Shown: positions 9,756 to 18,993 of the stretch, piece after piece | Position numbering within the stretch: the first letter of the stretch is position 1 | How the letters are laid out: each line of letters begins with the position of its first letter | Assembly: GCA_041740755.1 (NCBI GenBank) | Contig: JBGSLM010000197.1 | Coordinates: 2,999-66,998 of the forward strand | Reading direction: 5' to 3' | DNA from: Parvularculaceae bacterium | Lineage (GTDB): Bacteria; Pseudomonadota; Alphaproteobacteria; Caulobacterales; Parvularculaceae | DNA: 64,000 bases | The notes under the pieces: model-generated | The model's database searches: none | Told to the model about the DNA's origin: nothing | The model's input: the letters and a program-made list of their open reading frames with translations, nothing else | Program-made: the position numbers and the translations under genes

Positions 9756-10511
9756 ATGACAGACCTTGTGAAAACAGAACGCGACGGACGCGTCCTCACG
9801 ATCACGATGAATCGTGCGGACAAGAAGAACGCGCTGACGCATGAAATGTACGCCGCGATGGCGGACGGGTTGCAGCTTGCGCATAACGAGGCGCAAATCC
9901 GCTGCGTCATCATCACCGGCGCAGGCGACAGCTTCACGTCCGGCAATGACCTTGGCGACTTTGCGGCTGGAATGCCGGACGGAAAGCCGCCGGTCATCCG
10001 CTTCCTCGAAAATATCGTCAATTGCGACAAGCCGGTGATGGCGGCGGTGAACGGTCCCGCCGTCGGCGTCGGCCTTACGATGCTGCTGCATTCGGACCTT
10101 GCTTACGCAAGCGATGCGGCGACGTTTCGGTCGCCGTTTCCGCATGTCGGCGTGGTGCCGGAAGCGGGCTCGTCGCTCTTGCTGCCGCTGACGGTCGGGA
10201 ACGCCTGGGCGAATGACATATTCATCGCTGGCCGCGTCCTGACCGCGGCTGAAGCGTTATCAGCCGGATTGATTTCCCGCGTGTTTCCGGCGGGTTTGCT
10301 GATGGGCGAATGCAGGAAAATCGCCGCGAGCGTCGCGGCGCAAGCGCCAAACGCCATGCTTCATACAAAGCGCCTCATCCGCTCGAACCGCGACGTCGTC
10401 TTCGAGCGCATGCGGAAGGAAGGCGAGATCTTCAACGCGCAATTGAAGTCGCCGGAGTTCATGGTCGCCGCAGCCGCCTATATGCAGCGCCGCCTGCCTG
10501 AATTTGATTGA
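9756..10511 (+). CDS. enoyl-CoA hydratase/isomerase
   Basis: MNRADKKNAL, FTSGNDL, AVNGPAVGVG and VPEAGSS. Confidence 0.92.
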   Translation: MTDLVKTERDGRVLTITMNRADKKNALTHEMYAAMADGLQLAHNEAQIRCVIITGAGDSFTSGNDLGDFAAGMPDGKPPVIRFLENIVNCDKPVMAAVNGPAVGVGLTMLLHSDLAYASDAATFRSPFPHVGVVPEAGSSLLLPLTVGNAWANDIFIAGRVLTAAEALSAGLISRVFPAGLLMGECRKIAASVAAQAPNAMLHTKRLIRSNRDVVFERMRKEGEIFNAQLKSPEFMVAAAAYMQRRLPEFD

Positions 10512-10514
10512 CGA

Positions 10515-11999
10515 CTATATAAGCGCGTCCCGAACCTTCGGCATGATCCGCCTGCTTACCGGAATTTCGGCGCCGTTCGACAAGACGAGCGCGCCGACGC
10601 CGGTGCTTTCCCTCGTCAGCGTCTTCACGAAATTCGTGTTGACGATGAAAGATCGATGAACGCGCAGGAATGTCGGCGGCAATTCGTTCTCAAGTTGCGC
10701 AAGGGCGCCATTATGAAGGACCTGGCGTCCGTCGGCGAGGTGAAGTTCGACATAGTCGCCGGCGCCCTTGCAGTGTGTGATATCCGATGACTGAATTATG
10801 TTCACGGCGCCGGCGCTGTTGATGCGAATCGCAGCCGGCCTGCCGTTCCCGGCCGCGCGTTCAAGCGCCGCCGCAAGTTCATGCGACCGCGCGCGTTCAA
10901 GCGCCATTTCGCGCCGGTCGCGTTCGAGCGCTGCGGCCTGCGCTGCAAAAAGGACAAGGAGGAGCGCCGCGACCTCAAAAAAGAATACCGCGTCGAGAAA
11001 TGCGCCTCGAAAGATCACGATCGATGCGGCGAACAGCGTCAGCGCCGCGGTCAGCATCAGGGCCTGCTTTTCGCCGCGAAGCGCGGCGCGTCCGGTGATG
11101 GCGGCGCTCGCTATCGCTGCTGCAAGGACAGCATATCCGGCCTTGGCGTCGAATCCGCTGGCGAGCGCAATCGGCAATGCGATGAACGCAGCGACGGCGC
11201 CGAACACGGCAAGTTTTCGCTCTGATACAAACCTCGATATGACGAGGCCCGAGAGCGTGAGCCCAAATCCGGCCGACATCACGACAATCGCGACCAGTCG
11301 TAAATCGTGGACGGGGTAGGGATAGGCGATAACGCTGCGAAGGAGTTCAACGACGAGTTGGGCGGCGGCAAAGAGCGACAGGAGCGACAGAAGGATCGGG
11401 TCGCGGCGGCGCGCATCGGCGATCGCCCCGACGACGCCGAAATAAAGCGCGCCGGCGAGGAGAACCCCAAGCGCTATGAGCGCTGGCCAGGCAACGCTGA
11501 GCCGCTCGGCTCTCGGGTCGGCGAAGGGCGCAAGCGCCACCCAGTGCACCGGGCGGCGGAGTTTCAAAAATCCATGGTGAGACGAAATGCGAATCGCAAC
11601 GACATTCTCGCCTGCCTGCAACAGGCCATCGGGAATGGGGAGGACTGCGTCCATCAGGCCTGGCGTCTCGCCGTCCTTTGCGGCGGCAGGCGTTCCATTT
11701 GCGCCGAGCCTGACGCCATTGAGATAGGCCTCGCTCGATGCTTTGGCTGCAATGTAGAGCCCGGCCGGACCGTTCGCGTCCAATTTCCCCGGCGCGTCTA
11801 TTACCGCTCGGATCCAGATGTCGCGCCCCTGCGGGTCGATGGCGTCGATCTTCGTAGCGGCGCATGTGTCAGCGCTGGAGGGCGGCGTCTCGTCGCCCGC
11901 GCCGCAATATTCAAACGCCCGCGCGTGTATAATTTCGGCCGCAGCGGCGCATGGAAAATGGAGAATGATGGCGGCGATCGCGCAAAGGACAGGGCGCAT
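10515..11999 (-). CDS. membrane-bound LytTR-family one-component regulator
   Basis: Signal peptide, periplasmic beta-domain, about 7 hydrophobic helices, and a C-terminal LytTR domain (GAGDYVELH, FLRVHRSFIVN, IPVSRR). Confidence 0.85.
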   Translation of the reverse strand: MRPVLCAIAAIILHFPCAAAAEIIHARAFEYCGAGDETPPSSADTCAATKIDAIDPQGRDIWIRAVIDAPGKLDANGPAGLYIAAKASSEAYLNGVRLGANGTPAAAKDGETPGLMDAVLPIPDGLLQAGENVVAIRISSHHGFLKLRRPVHWVALAPFADPRAERLSVAWPALIALGVLLAGALYFGVVGAIADARRRDPILLSLLSLFAAAQLVVELLRSVIAYPYPVHDLRLVAIVVMSAGFGLTLSGLVISRFVSERKLAVFGAVAAFIALPIALASGFDAKAGYAVLAAAIASAAITGRAALRGEKQALMLTAALTLFAASIVIFRGAFLDAVFFFEVAALLLVLFAAQAAALERDRREMALERARSHELAAALERAAGNGRPAAIRINSAGAVNIIQSSDITHCKGAGDYVELHLADGRQVLHNGALAQLENELPPTFLRVHRSFIVNTNFVKTLTRESTGVGALVLSNGAEIPVSRRIMPKVRDALI

Positions 12000-12006
12000 T
12001 ACGGAA

Positions 12007-12072
12007 CCACTAGCAGAAATGCCGCCGCCGCGCATCGCCGCTCGACGGAAATCCGGCGCCGCTGGCAGAATT
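12007..12072. promoter_or_regulatory. three phased imperfect direct repeats, candidate LytTR operator
   Basis: CCACTAGCAGAAAT (12007), CCGCTCGACGGAAAT (12038) and CCGCTGGCAGAATT (12059), with 31 and 21 bp spacing, in the divergent promoter region. Confidence 0.5.
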
Positions 12073-12133
12073 GGGCGTGAAAAATGGCTGGCGGCGCGAT
12101 AGGCCGCCAGGTGCAACTGACCTGGTTCCCCTC

Positions 12134-13600
12134 ATGAATCGCCTCGAAAAAATCGCCGTTCTATTGTCCTTGAGTGCGCTTGGCGGCTGCGCAACCGCGC
12201 CTTCCTCGATGAAATCCGGGCAAGCGCCGGCAAACGAGACCGCCTATGCGTTCGAGGCGCAAAGCGGCGAGAAGATTGACGCATATCGGGGCGTCTTCAC
12301 GGTTCCAGAGAACCGGTCAAACCCCGCAAGCCGCAAGATCGATATCCATTATGTGAGATTTCCAGCGACGGGCGCAAAGCCAGGCGCCCCGATCGTCTAT
12401 CTCGCCGGCGGCCCCGGCGGGTCAGGCGTATTCACAGCGCGGGGCGAACGCTTCCCGCTCTTTATGGCGATGCGCGAATTCGGCGACGTTATAGCACTCG
12501 ACCAGCGCGGAACCGGCTGGTCGGAGGAGGCGCCTGAATGCACGTCGCAAGTCGTCATTCCGGCTGACAGGATCGTCGCGCCCGAGGAGCGCACGGCGCT
12601 TCTTCGCAAGGCGGCCGAACAATGCGGCGCATTCTGGCGGGAAAAAGGCTTCGATCCTGCCGGTTACACGACCGTCGAGAGTGCACGCGATCTTGACGCG
12701 CTGCGCGCCCATCTCGGCTCCGCGAAAATTTCGCTTTGGGGAATTTCCTACGGCACGCATCTCGCTCTTGCGGCAGTCAAGGAAATGGCGCCGCGTATCG
12801 ATCGCCTTGTGCTCACCGGCGCCGAAGGGCTCGACCAGACCGTGAAGCTGCCGTCGGAGACCGATCGTTATTTCGACCGTCTCCAGGCGGCGATCGACCG
12901 GGAACCTTCCGCAAAAGCGGCCTATCCAGATATCAAGGCGCTGATGCGCCGCGTTCACGCACGGCTCGATGCTTCGCCGGTGATGATGAGCGTTCCGGTA
13001 AAGGACGGCGCCGCCGACATGCTTTTGACGCGGGAAGTGATGCAGCTCTCGGCGAGCGCGTCGATTGCTGATCCGCAAGGCGCCGCGCGACTTTTGATGC
13101 TGTACCTCGCCGTCGATGCAGGCATCACAGAACCTGTCGCTGGGTTGATCGGGCGCTTCATCACGCCGGGTGCGCCGGAATCATTCCGGTTGATGCCGCT
13201 CGCGATGGACATTGCATCGGGCATCGGCGCGAAGCGGCGGTCGACCGTCAGCAGGGAAGCTGATGCGGCGCTCCTCGGCGATCTCCTGAACTATCCGATG
13301 CCGCAGCTTTCCGGCGCGCTCGATCTCGATCTTGGCGATGCGTTCCGCAAAGCTCCGCAAAGTTCGATACCAGCTCTGTTGTTGATCGGCACTCTCGATG
13401 GGCGGACGTATCCGCCGGAGCAATCGGCGGCGACGGCCGGATTGCGCCGCCTGAAAACGGTCACTGTCGTCAATGCCGGGCACAATCTTTTCATGGTCTC
13501 GAAGGAAATTACGGAAACAATCAAGCGTTTCATGCGAAGGGAGGCGATTGAAAAAAGCGAAATCGTCGTCGATGCGCCATCCTTTGCGCCGAAGATGTGA
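12134..13600 (+). CDS. lipoprotein alpha/beta hydrolase (TAP-like peptidase family)
   Basis: Lipobox LGGC, LAGGPGGSG, DQRGTG, nucleophile GISYG, GTLDGRT and AGHN. Confidence 0.88.
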   Translation: MNRLEKIAVLLSLSALGGCATAPSSMKSGQAPANETAYAFEAQSGEKIDAYRGVFTVPENRSNPASRKIDIHYVRFPATGAKPGAPIVYLAGGPGGSGVFTARGERFPLFMAMREFGDVIALDQRGTGWSEEAPECTSQVVIPADRIVAPEERTALLRKAAEQCGAFWREKGFDPAGYTTVESARDLDALRAHLGSAKISLWGISYGTHLALAAVKEMAPRIDRLVLTGAEGLDQTVKLPSETDRYFDRLQAAIDREPSAKAAYPDIKALMRRVHARLDASPVMMSVPVKDGAADMLLTREVMQLSASASIADPQGAARLLMLYLAVDAGITEPVAGLIGRFITPGAPESFRLMPLAMDIASGIGAKRRSTVSREADAALLGDLLNYPMPQLSGALDLDLGDAFRKAPQSSIPALLLIGTLDGRTYPPEQSAATAGLRRLKTVTVVNAGHNLFMVSKEITETIKRFMRREAIEKSEIVVDAPSFAPKM

Positions 13601-13644
13601 ATGTCAGCGGATCGTGAACTGCCGTGCGGCATTCGTAACAGCGC

Positions 13645-13998
13645 TCAAGGTTTGCGCAATATCTTCTCCATCGCCTTACCCTTGGCGAGCTCGTCGATGA
13701 GCTTGTCGAGATAGCGGATTTCCCTCATGGTCTGCTCCGTGACTTCCTCGACACGCACGCCGCAAACGACGCCTTTAATCAAAGACCGTGCAGGGTTGAG
13801 ATGCGGGGCGTTCGCAAAGAAAGTCTCGAAGTCCGTCTTCCGCTCGATTTGAGCTTTGAGCTCGCTCGGTTCGTATCCGGTAAGCCAGCAAATGATTGCG
13901 TCGACCTCCGATTGCGTGCGCCCCTTTCGTTCCGCCTTCGCGACATAGAGGGGGTAAACGCTCGCAAAGCTCGTCGTGTAGATCTTGTGTTTCGCCAT
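13645..13998 (-). CDS. DUF2200 family protein
   Basis: [33 protein letters not shown] and [15 protein letters not shown]. Confidence 0.9.
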   Translation of the reverse strand: MAKHKIYTTSFASVYPLYVAKAERKGRTQSEVDAIICWLTGYEPSELKAQIERKTDFETFFANAPHLNPARSLIKGVVCGVRVEEVTEQTMREIRYLDKLIDELAKGKAMEKILRKP

Positions 13999-14043
13999 TT
14001 TCCCGAATTTCCTTTTCCGGCGCGCCCGGCAGGATGCAAGATA

Positions 14044-14979
14044 TTATCGTTTGGATTGATAAAGCCGCTCGACGTCTTCGGCGTTGAACAGCGACGTGCC
14101 GCTTGAAAGGCGAGTTGCGGCGGCGCAGGCGGCGGCGAAGCGCAGGGCGTCTGCGTCTTTATATCCTCGCATTGTCGCAACGATGAGGCCCGCGACGAAA
14201 CTGTCGCCTGCGCCGACGGCGCTGTGCGCGCGCACCGGAAACACCGGCGTGAATACGGCGGCGTCCTTCGTCGCCATGACCGACCCGTCGCCCGCATGCG
14301 TAATGACGACGCGCTCGGCGGCGCCGGTTTTGACGAGGCGCTGGGCAAAGGCGGCGATTTCGTCCGGCCATTTGAGCGGACCGCCGGACAGCGCCTGATA
14401 TTCATGTTCATTGTGGCGAAGCAGAAAGACGCCTTCTTTCAGCGCAGCGTCGAGGCCGCTGACTGAATCGAGAACGAAGCGGGCGCCCCTGGCTTTCGCG
14501 ATCTTCGCAGCGTCCGCCCAGAATGTTTCCTGTGCGCCGTCTCCACGCATCGGGGGAAGGCTGCCCGATCCGACGACATAATCGCCCGCGCCAGCCTCTT
14601 CGCGGATTGCATCCAGCATCGACTGGCGTTCGGATGGCGCCATCTCGGCGCCCGGAAGATTGAAGCGGTACTCGTCATTCGTAGTTGAGTCGCGCACATG
14701 AAAGGCGATGCGCGTTTCGCCCGCGACAGGGATCGTCCGCATGGGGACGTGTTCGTCCGCGACAAGCTCCTTCAAAGCCTCGCCATAAAGCCCGCCGGTA
14801 GTGAAGATCGCCAGCGTCTCAGCGCCGAGCCTTGCCGCAGCTCTGGCGACATTCAATCCGCCGCCGCCAGGATGGCTTTCCGGATTGACGCAGCGAAGCT
14901 TGCGGTTCGGCTCAACCTTCGGCGCATCGACGGCGAAGTCGTACGTTGGGTTCGGCGTCAGGGTGATGATGTGGGACAT
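14044..14979 (-). CDS. 1-phosphofructokinase-family (PfkB) hexose kinase
   Basis: TPNPTYD, PGGGGLNVAR, GSGSLP and SAVGAGDSFVAG. Confidence 0.92.
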   Translation of the reverse strand: MSHIITLTPNPTYDFAVDAPKVEPNRKLRCVNPESHPGGGGLNVARAAARLGAETLAIFTTGGLYGEALKELVADEHVPMRTIPVAGETRIAFHVRDSTTNDEYRFNLPGAEMAPSERQSMLDAIREEAGAGDYVVGSGSLPPMRGDGAQETFWADAAKIAKARGARFVLDSVSGLDAALKEGVFLLRHNEHEYQALSGGPLKWPDEIAAFAQRLVKTGAAERVVITHAGDGSVMATKDAAVFTPVFPVRAHSAVGAGDSFVAGLIVATMRGYKDADALRFAAACAAATRLSSGTSLFNAEDVERLYQSKR

Positions 14980-14989
14980 TTGCGAAGGC

Positions 14990-15088
14990 GCAGTTTGCAG
15001 GTTGCAGGTTGGAGAATGAAGCGTGCTGCCGGGTCGCGCAAGCCGTTCCGGTCACTAGCTGGCTTGCTGCCGGAAACCTCCAACCTAC
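14990..15088. repeat. inverted heptamer arrays (GCAGGTT / AACCTRC)
   Basis: gcagttt-gcaggtt-gcaggtt (14990-15010) faces aacctcc-aacctac (15075-15088). The right arm overlaps the radC stop. Confidence 0.65.
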
Positions 15089-15771
15089 AAAAGCCCCAAT
15101 CCCTTGAAGCTTGCTTCGCTCTTGTGCCCGATGATCAGGTGATCATGGACGCGAATATTGAGCGCCGCTGCGGCCTTCTGGATCTGGTTTGTCATCTCGA
15201 TGTTGGCGCGCGACGGCGTCGGGTCGCCTGACGGATGATTGTGGACCAGAATGATCGCGGATGCCGCAAGTTCCAGCGCGCGTTTGACGACTTCGCGCGG
15301 ATAGACGGGGGTGTGATCGACCGTGCCGCGCTGCTGCACCTCGTCCGCGATCAAAATGTTTTTCTTGTCGAGGAAGAGGATGCGAAACAGCTCGGTCTTC
15401 TCGTCGGCCATCGCTGCGCGGCAATAGGCGAGGAGATCGTTCCACGATGAAATGACCGGCCGGTCGAGCACGCGCGCCTGCGCCAGTTTGATCGATGCTG
15501 CGTGGATGATCTTCAGCTCGATCGCGACGTTTTCGGATACGCCCCTGATTTCGGTGAGGCGCTCAATCGGCGCCGCAAGCGCCTGCGGCAGACCGCCGAT
15601 GGTCTTGATGATGTCTTTTGCAAGCGGCTTGACGTCGCGGCGCGGAATGGCGCGAAAGAGGATCAGCTCAAGAAGTTCATAGTCCTGCACTGCCTCGACG
15701 CCGGCGCGGCGAAAACGGTCGCGATGGCCGGAGGCGTGATTAGGCGCGTCGCTCTTGCTGTTGCTCGTCAT
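15085..15771 (-). CDS. radC: RadC family JAB-domain protein, possibly degenerate
   Basis: [23 protein letters not shown] and [11 protein letters not shown]. Usual map-radC synteny. The JAMM Asp reads Asn. Confidence 0.9.
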   Translation of the reverse strand: MTSNSKSDAPNHASGHRDRFRRAGVEAVQDYELLELILFRAIPRRDVKPLAKDIIKTIGGLPQALAAPIERLTEIRGVSENVAIELKIIHAASIKLAQARVLDRPVISSWNDLLAYCRAAMADEKTELFRILFLDKKNILIADEVQQRGTVDHTPVYPREVVKRALELAASAIILVHNHPSGDPTPSRANIEMTNQIQKAAAALNIRVHDHLIIGHKSEASFKGLGLL

Positions 15772-15846
15772 CCGCCCGCTCCCCCCGCAAAAGCGGATAC
15801 CCCTATTGCCGCTCTAATAGATTCCCGCAGTCGCGGAAATATCGGA

Positions 15847-16695
15847 TCAGGCGGAGTAGGGCGGCCGGTCGAGCCCGGCGGGCGATTTGGTGAAAATCTC
15901 GACGCCGGTATCGGTGACGCCGCATGAATGTTCGAACTGAGCTGAAAGCGATTTATCGCGGGATACGGCGGTCCAGCCGTCTTTCAGGAGCTTCACGTCC
16001 GGCTTTCCTTCATTGATCATCGGCTCGATCGTGAAGAACATGCCGGGCTTCAATTCAGTGTCCGGCGCGCGGTGAACGCCGAAGCGGTCGCGATATTCGG
16101 CGTAGTGAACGACGTTCGGCGCATCATGGAAAACGCGGCCCAATCCGTGGCCGCAAAAATCGCGCACAACGGAAAAGCCTCGCGCTTCGGCATGGGTCTG
16201 GATCGCGCGGCCGATGTCGCGAAGCGTATTTCCGGGCTTTACGGCTTCGATGCCCATCATCAGCGCTTCATAGGTCGTATCGACCAGGCGGCGCGCCTTC
16301 ACTTTTGGCTCGCCCGCCCAGTACATGCGGCTCGTATCGCCGTGCCATCCGTCGACGATGACGGTGACGTCGATATTCATGGTGTCGCCGTCCTTGATCT
16401 GTTTGTCGGACGGAATGCCGTGGCAAATGACGTGATTGAGCGAGATGCAGCTCGCATGGCGATAGCCGCGATAGCCGATCGTCGCCGAAAGCCCGCCATG
16501 GTCGAACACGAACTGGCGGATCAGATCGTCGAGGTGCGCGGTTGCAACGCCCGGCTTTACATGGCCGGCGATCATGTCGAGGCACGAGGAGGCGAGGCGG
16601 CCAGCTTTGCGCATACCCTCGAAATCGGCGGCTCCGTGGAGCTTGATCTCGCCGGTCCTTACGTCATCCCGGATTTCGCCGTCGGCGTGCTGCAT
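15847..16695 (-). CDS. map: methionine aminopeptidase type I
   Basis: CHGIP, IDVT, GDTSRM, FCGHGLG, FTIEPMIN and SAQFEH. Confidence 0.96.
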   Translation of the reverse strand: MQHADGEIRDDVRTGEIKLHGAADFEGMRKAGRLASSCLDMIAGHVKPGVATAHLDDLIRQFVFDHGGLSATIGYRGYRHASCISLNHVICHGIPSDKQIKDGDTMNIDVTVIVDGWHGDTSRMYWAGEPKVKARRLVDTTYEALMMGIEAVKPGNTLRDIGRAIQTHAEARGFSVVRDFCGHGLGRVFHDAPNVVHYAEYRDRFGVHRAPDTELKPGMFFTIEPMINEGKPDVKLLKDGWTAVSRDKSLSAQFEHSCGVTDTGVEIFTKSPAGLDRPPYSA

Positions 16696-16864
16696 GTAGC
16701 GGGGGTCCCATTTTGCGCAGCCTGTTTTTGACGCTTTCGACGGGCAAGATCAATGCGCAAATAGTGCGCATTTGGAGCGAAGCCAGCAACGCCGCCCTGC
16801 GCCGCTTTGGCCCACACAGTAGCGATTGGCATTGCGGAACAGATTTTTCTCCGCGCGGCCTGGT

Positions 16865-16902
16865 TTAAACTTTCGTTATCGAAATCCTAAATTTCTTTTA
16901 CC
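16865..16902 (+). promoter_or_regulatory. AT-rich promoter with CtrA-box-like sites
   Basis: TTAA-actttcg-TTAT (16865-16879) and CTAA-atttctt-TTAC upstream of a Tad-type gene. Confidence 0.4.
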
Positions 16903-16965
16903 GTTTCGAAGGACCCGCCCGCTAAATTGGTTCGATTAGGGAGTTTTTCTTCGGGCGCTAACAAT

Positions 16966-18198
16966 TTGCTCAGGCGGTTTCACACCTGCGACGGGAACGT
17001 CGCCTTCGCCTTTGCGCTGATTGCGCCGCTCTTGTTGGCGTTTGCCGGCGCAGGCGTCGATTACGCGCGCCACGCTGCGATCAAGGCCTAGATGCAAGAG
17101 ATCGCCGCCGCCGCCGCGATCGCCGGCGCCCGGCAATTCCTGATCAAGAAAACCGACTATGTGATCGCGAAGGGATTGGCCGAAACCACCGCGTCGAGCG
17201 CCCTTCAGTCGAAAGGATATTTCCCCGCCGCGCAGATGGAGGCGACCGCCGATCCGCAGGCGTCAACCTTGACGGTATCTGTCGCTTACGCGATGACGCC
17301 CTCATTGCTCGTCGGCATTTTCAAGAATCCGATCCATGTTGATGTCATAGCCGTCGCCGAGGCGGGCGGCAGCGAGAACATTTGCGTCATCGGCCTTAAT
17401 GCAACCGCGTCCGGCACGGTGAAAGCCTTCAATTCCGCCAGGCTCTCCGGCGACCGGTGCGCCGTCTACTCGAATTCAACTTCCGAATCCGGGCTCGCCG
17501 CCACCAATACGGCAAAAATCAAGAGCATCCTCGCGTGCAGCGCAGGCGGCTACAACGGAGCGTCATCGAACTTTGATCCGGCGCCAATCACCGACTGCCC
17601 CAAGCGTGATGATCCGCTGGCGGAGCGTGCGCCGCCGTCATTCAGCGGGTGCAATTATTCAGGCGTCGTCAAAACAGATTATGTCGGAACGCTGCAGCCG
17701 GGCGTCTATTGCGGCGGACTGACGATCGACGGCGCGTCGCGCGTTGATTTTGCTGACGGCGTCTTTGTCATCAAGGACGGCCACATGACTATCGCTGGGG
17801 AAAGCGCCACCACCGGCGACTATGTCGGCTTCTATTTCAGCGGAACCGGCGGCGGGCTGACGATCAGCGGCAATGCTGATATTGACCTTGCCGCACCGTT
17901 GAACGGGCCGATGGCGGGCGTGCCTATCTGGCAGGAACCGTCGCAGAACGGGACCAAGGTCTTTACCGTCATGAGCAACAACGTCCGAAAGATGGTCGGA
18001 ACGATATATCTCCCCAAAGGCAAATTCCGCGGCGCCTCGAACGGCTCAATCTCCGGCGATTCCGCCTATACGGCGATCATCGCCGACACGATTGAATTGA
18101 GCCAGCAGGCGAACCTGGTGCTCAACGCCAACTATTTCGACACGAATGTCCCGGTTCCAGGCGGATAGCGCGGCGAACGGGTCCTGCTCCGCCAATAA
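16966..18198 (+). pseudogene. TadG/TadE-like pilus assembly protein interrupted by in-frame TAG codon(s)
   Basis: The frame upstream of the listed ORF encodes LLRRF..DGNVAFAFALIAPLLLAFAGAGVDYARHAAIKA*MQEIAAAAAIAGA, a Tad N-terminal pilin-like helix. TAG at 17089-17091. A second TAG at 18166-18168 precedes RGERVLLRQ*. Confidence 0.75.
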
Positions 18199-18245
18199 GG
18201 GCGGGGCCTGTAAATTTCTTGCCGCATTGATTAGATACGGCTTCG

Positions 18246-18890
18246 ATGCAGAACCCTCCGCTGACCATCATTGCAATCCTAGTCCTCGCGCTCTCGGTGC
18301 TTTCGTTGACGCGTGGGCCGGTTCCGTCCGAGCCGGGCGCGCCGCGCGTCAGCTATTTCCGTGAGTTGATGCCCCTCGGGCCGGAGCGTTTCCGCCCTTT
18401 GCCGCCGGCCCCCGACGCGCGCCACACGGCGAACGCCTGGCTCGTGATCAATGAGCGGGGGCTCGAGGTCATCCGGAAAAGCGAAGGCCTGCGGCTCAAA
18501 TCCTATTATCTCGCCGGGCAGTGGCTGATCGGCTACGGACATGCGGGAACGGCAGGGCCGGACATGGCGATCACTCACCAGGACGCCGAGCGGCTTTTGG
18601 AGGACGATGTCAAAGACGCCGAACGCGCGGTACGCGAACTTGTCGCTGTGCCGGTCAATGAGAATGAATTTTCCGCGCTCGTCTCGCTTGCCTACAATAT
18701 GGGTTCGGGCGCATTTGCTAAGACTGAAGTCCTTCGGCGTCTCAACGCCGGAGATCGCGCCGGCGCCGCCGATGCGTTTCGCTATCTCGTCGCCGCCGAC
18801 ATCATGGGGGAGCGCGTTATTCTTGACGCTCTCAAACGCCGCCGCGCCGACGAACGGGCATTGTTCCTAGCGCCGCCATTGCGGGCCTGA
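18246..18890 (+). CDS. GH24 (phage-type) lysozyme-like protein with N-terminal membrane anchor
   Basis: Hydrophobic residues 6-22, Pro-rich linker, then ERGLEVIRKSEGLRL...IGYGH, NENEFSALVSLAYNMG and RRRADERALF. Confidence 0.88.
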   Translation: MQNPPLTIIAILVLALSVLSLTRGPVPSEPGAPRVSYFRELMPLGPERFRPLPPAPDARHTANAWLVINERGLEVIRKSEGLRLKSYYLAGQWLIGYGHAGTAGPDMAITHQDAERLLEDDVKDAERAVRELVAVPVNENEFSALVSLAYNMGSGAFAKTEVLRRLNAGDRAGAADAFRYLVAADIMGERVILDALKRRRADERALFLAPPLRA

Positions 18891-18903
18891 GAAGTAGGAG
18901 GCG

Positions 18904-18985
18904 GCAGGTTACAGCTTGGCGCGCAGAAATTGGTTGAAGAATTCCAGCGCACCTTGCAACCTGTCACCTGCAACCTTTGACCTGC
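18904..18985. repeat. inverted heptamer arrays (GCAGGTT / AACCTGC)
   Basis: gcaggtt-acagctt faces accttgc-aacctgt-cacctgc-aaccttt-gacctgc (18951-18985). Same family as 14990-15088. Confidence 0.75.
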
Positions 18986-18993
18986 GATAAGCG

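Noticed and set aside
17089-18168. Genome-wide amber (TAG) reassignment as the explanation for the tad stops
   Set aside because: Core genes here (prpC, radC, lexA, secG) end at TAG at the expected family lengths, so TAG is a normal stop.
18246-18890. Prophage lysis cassette or SpmX itself
   Set aside because: No holin, spanin or structural genes are present. The topology (N-terminal anchor, no C-terminal TM pair) differs from SpmX.
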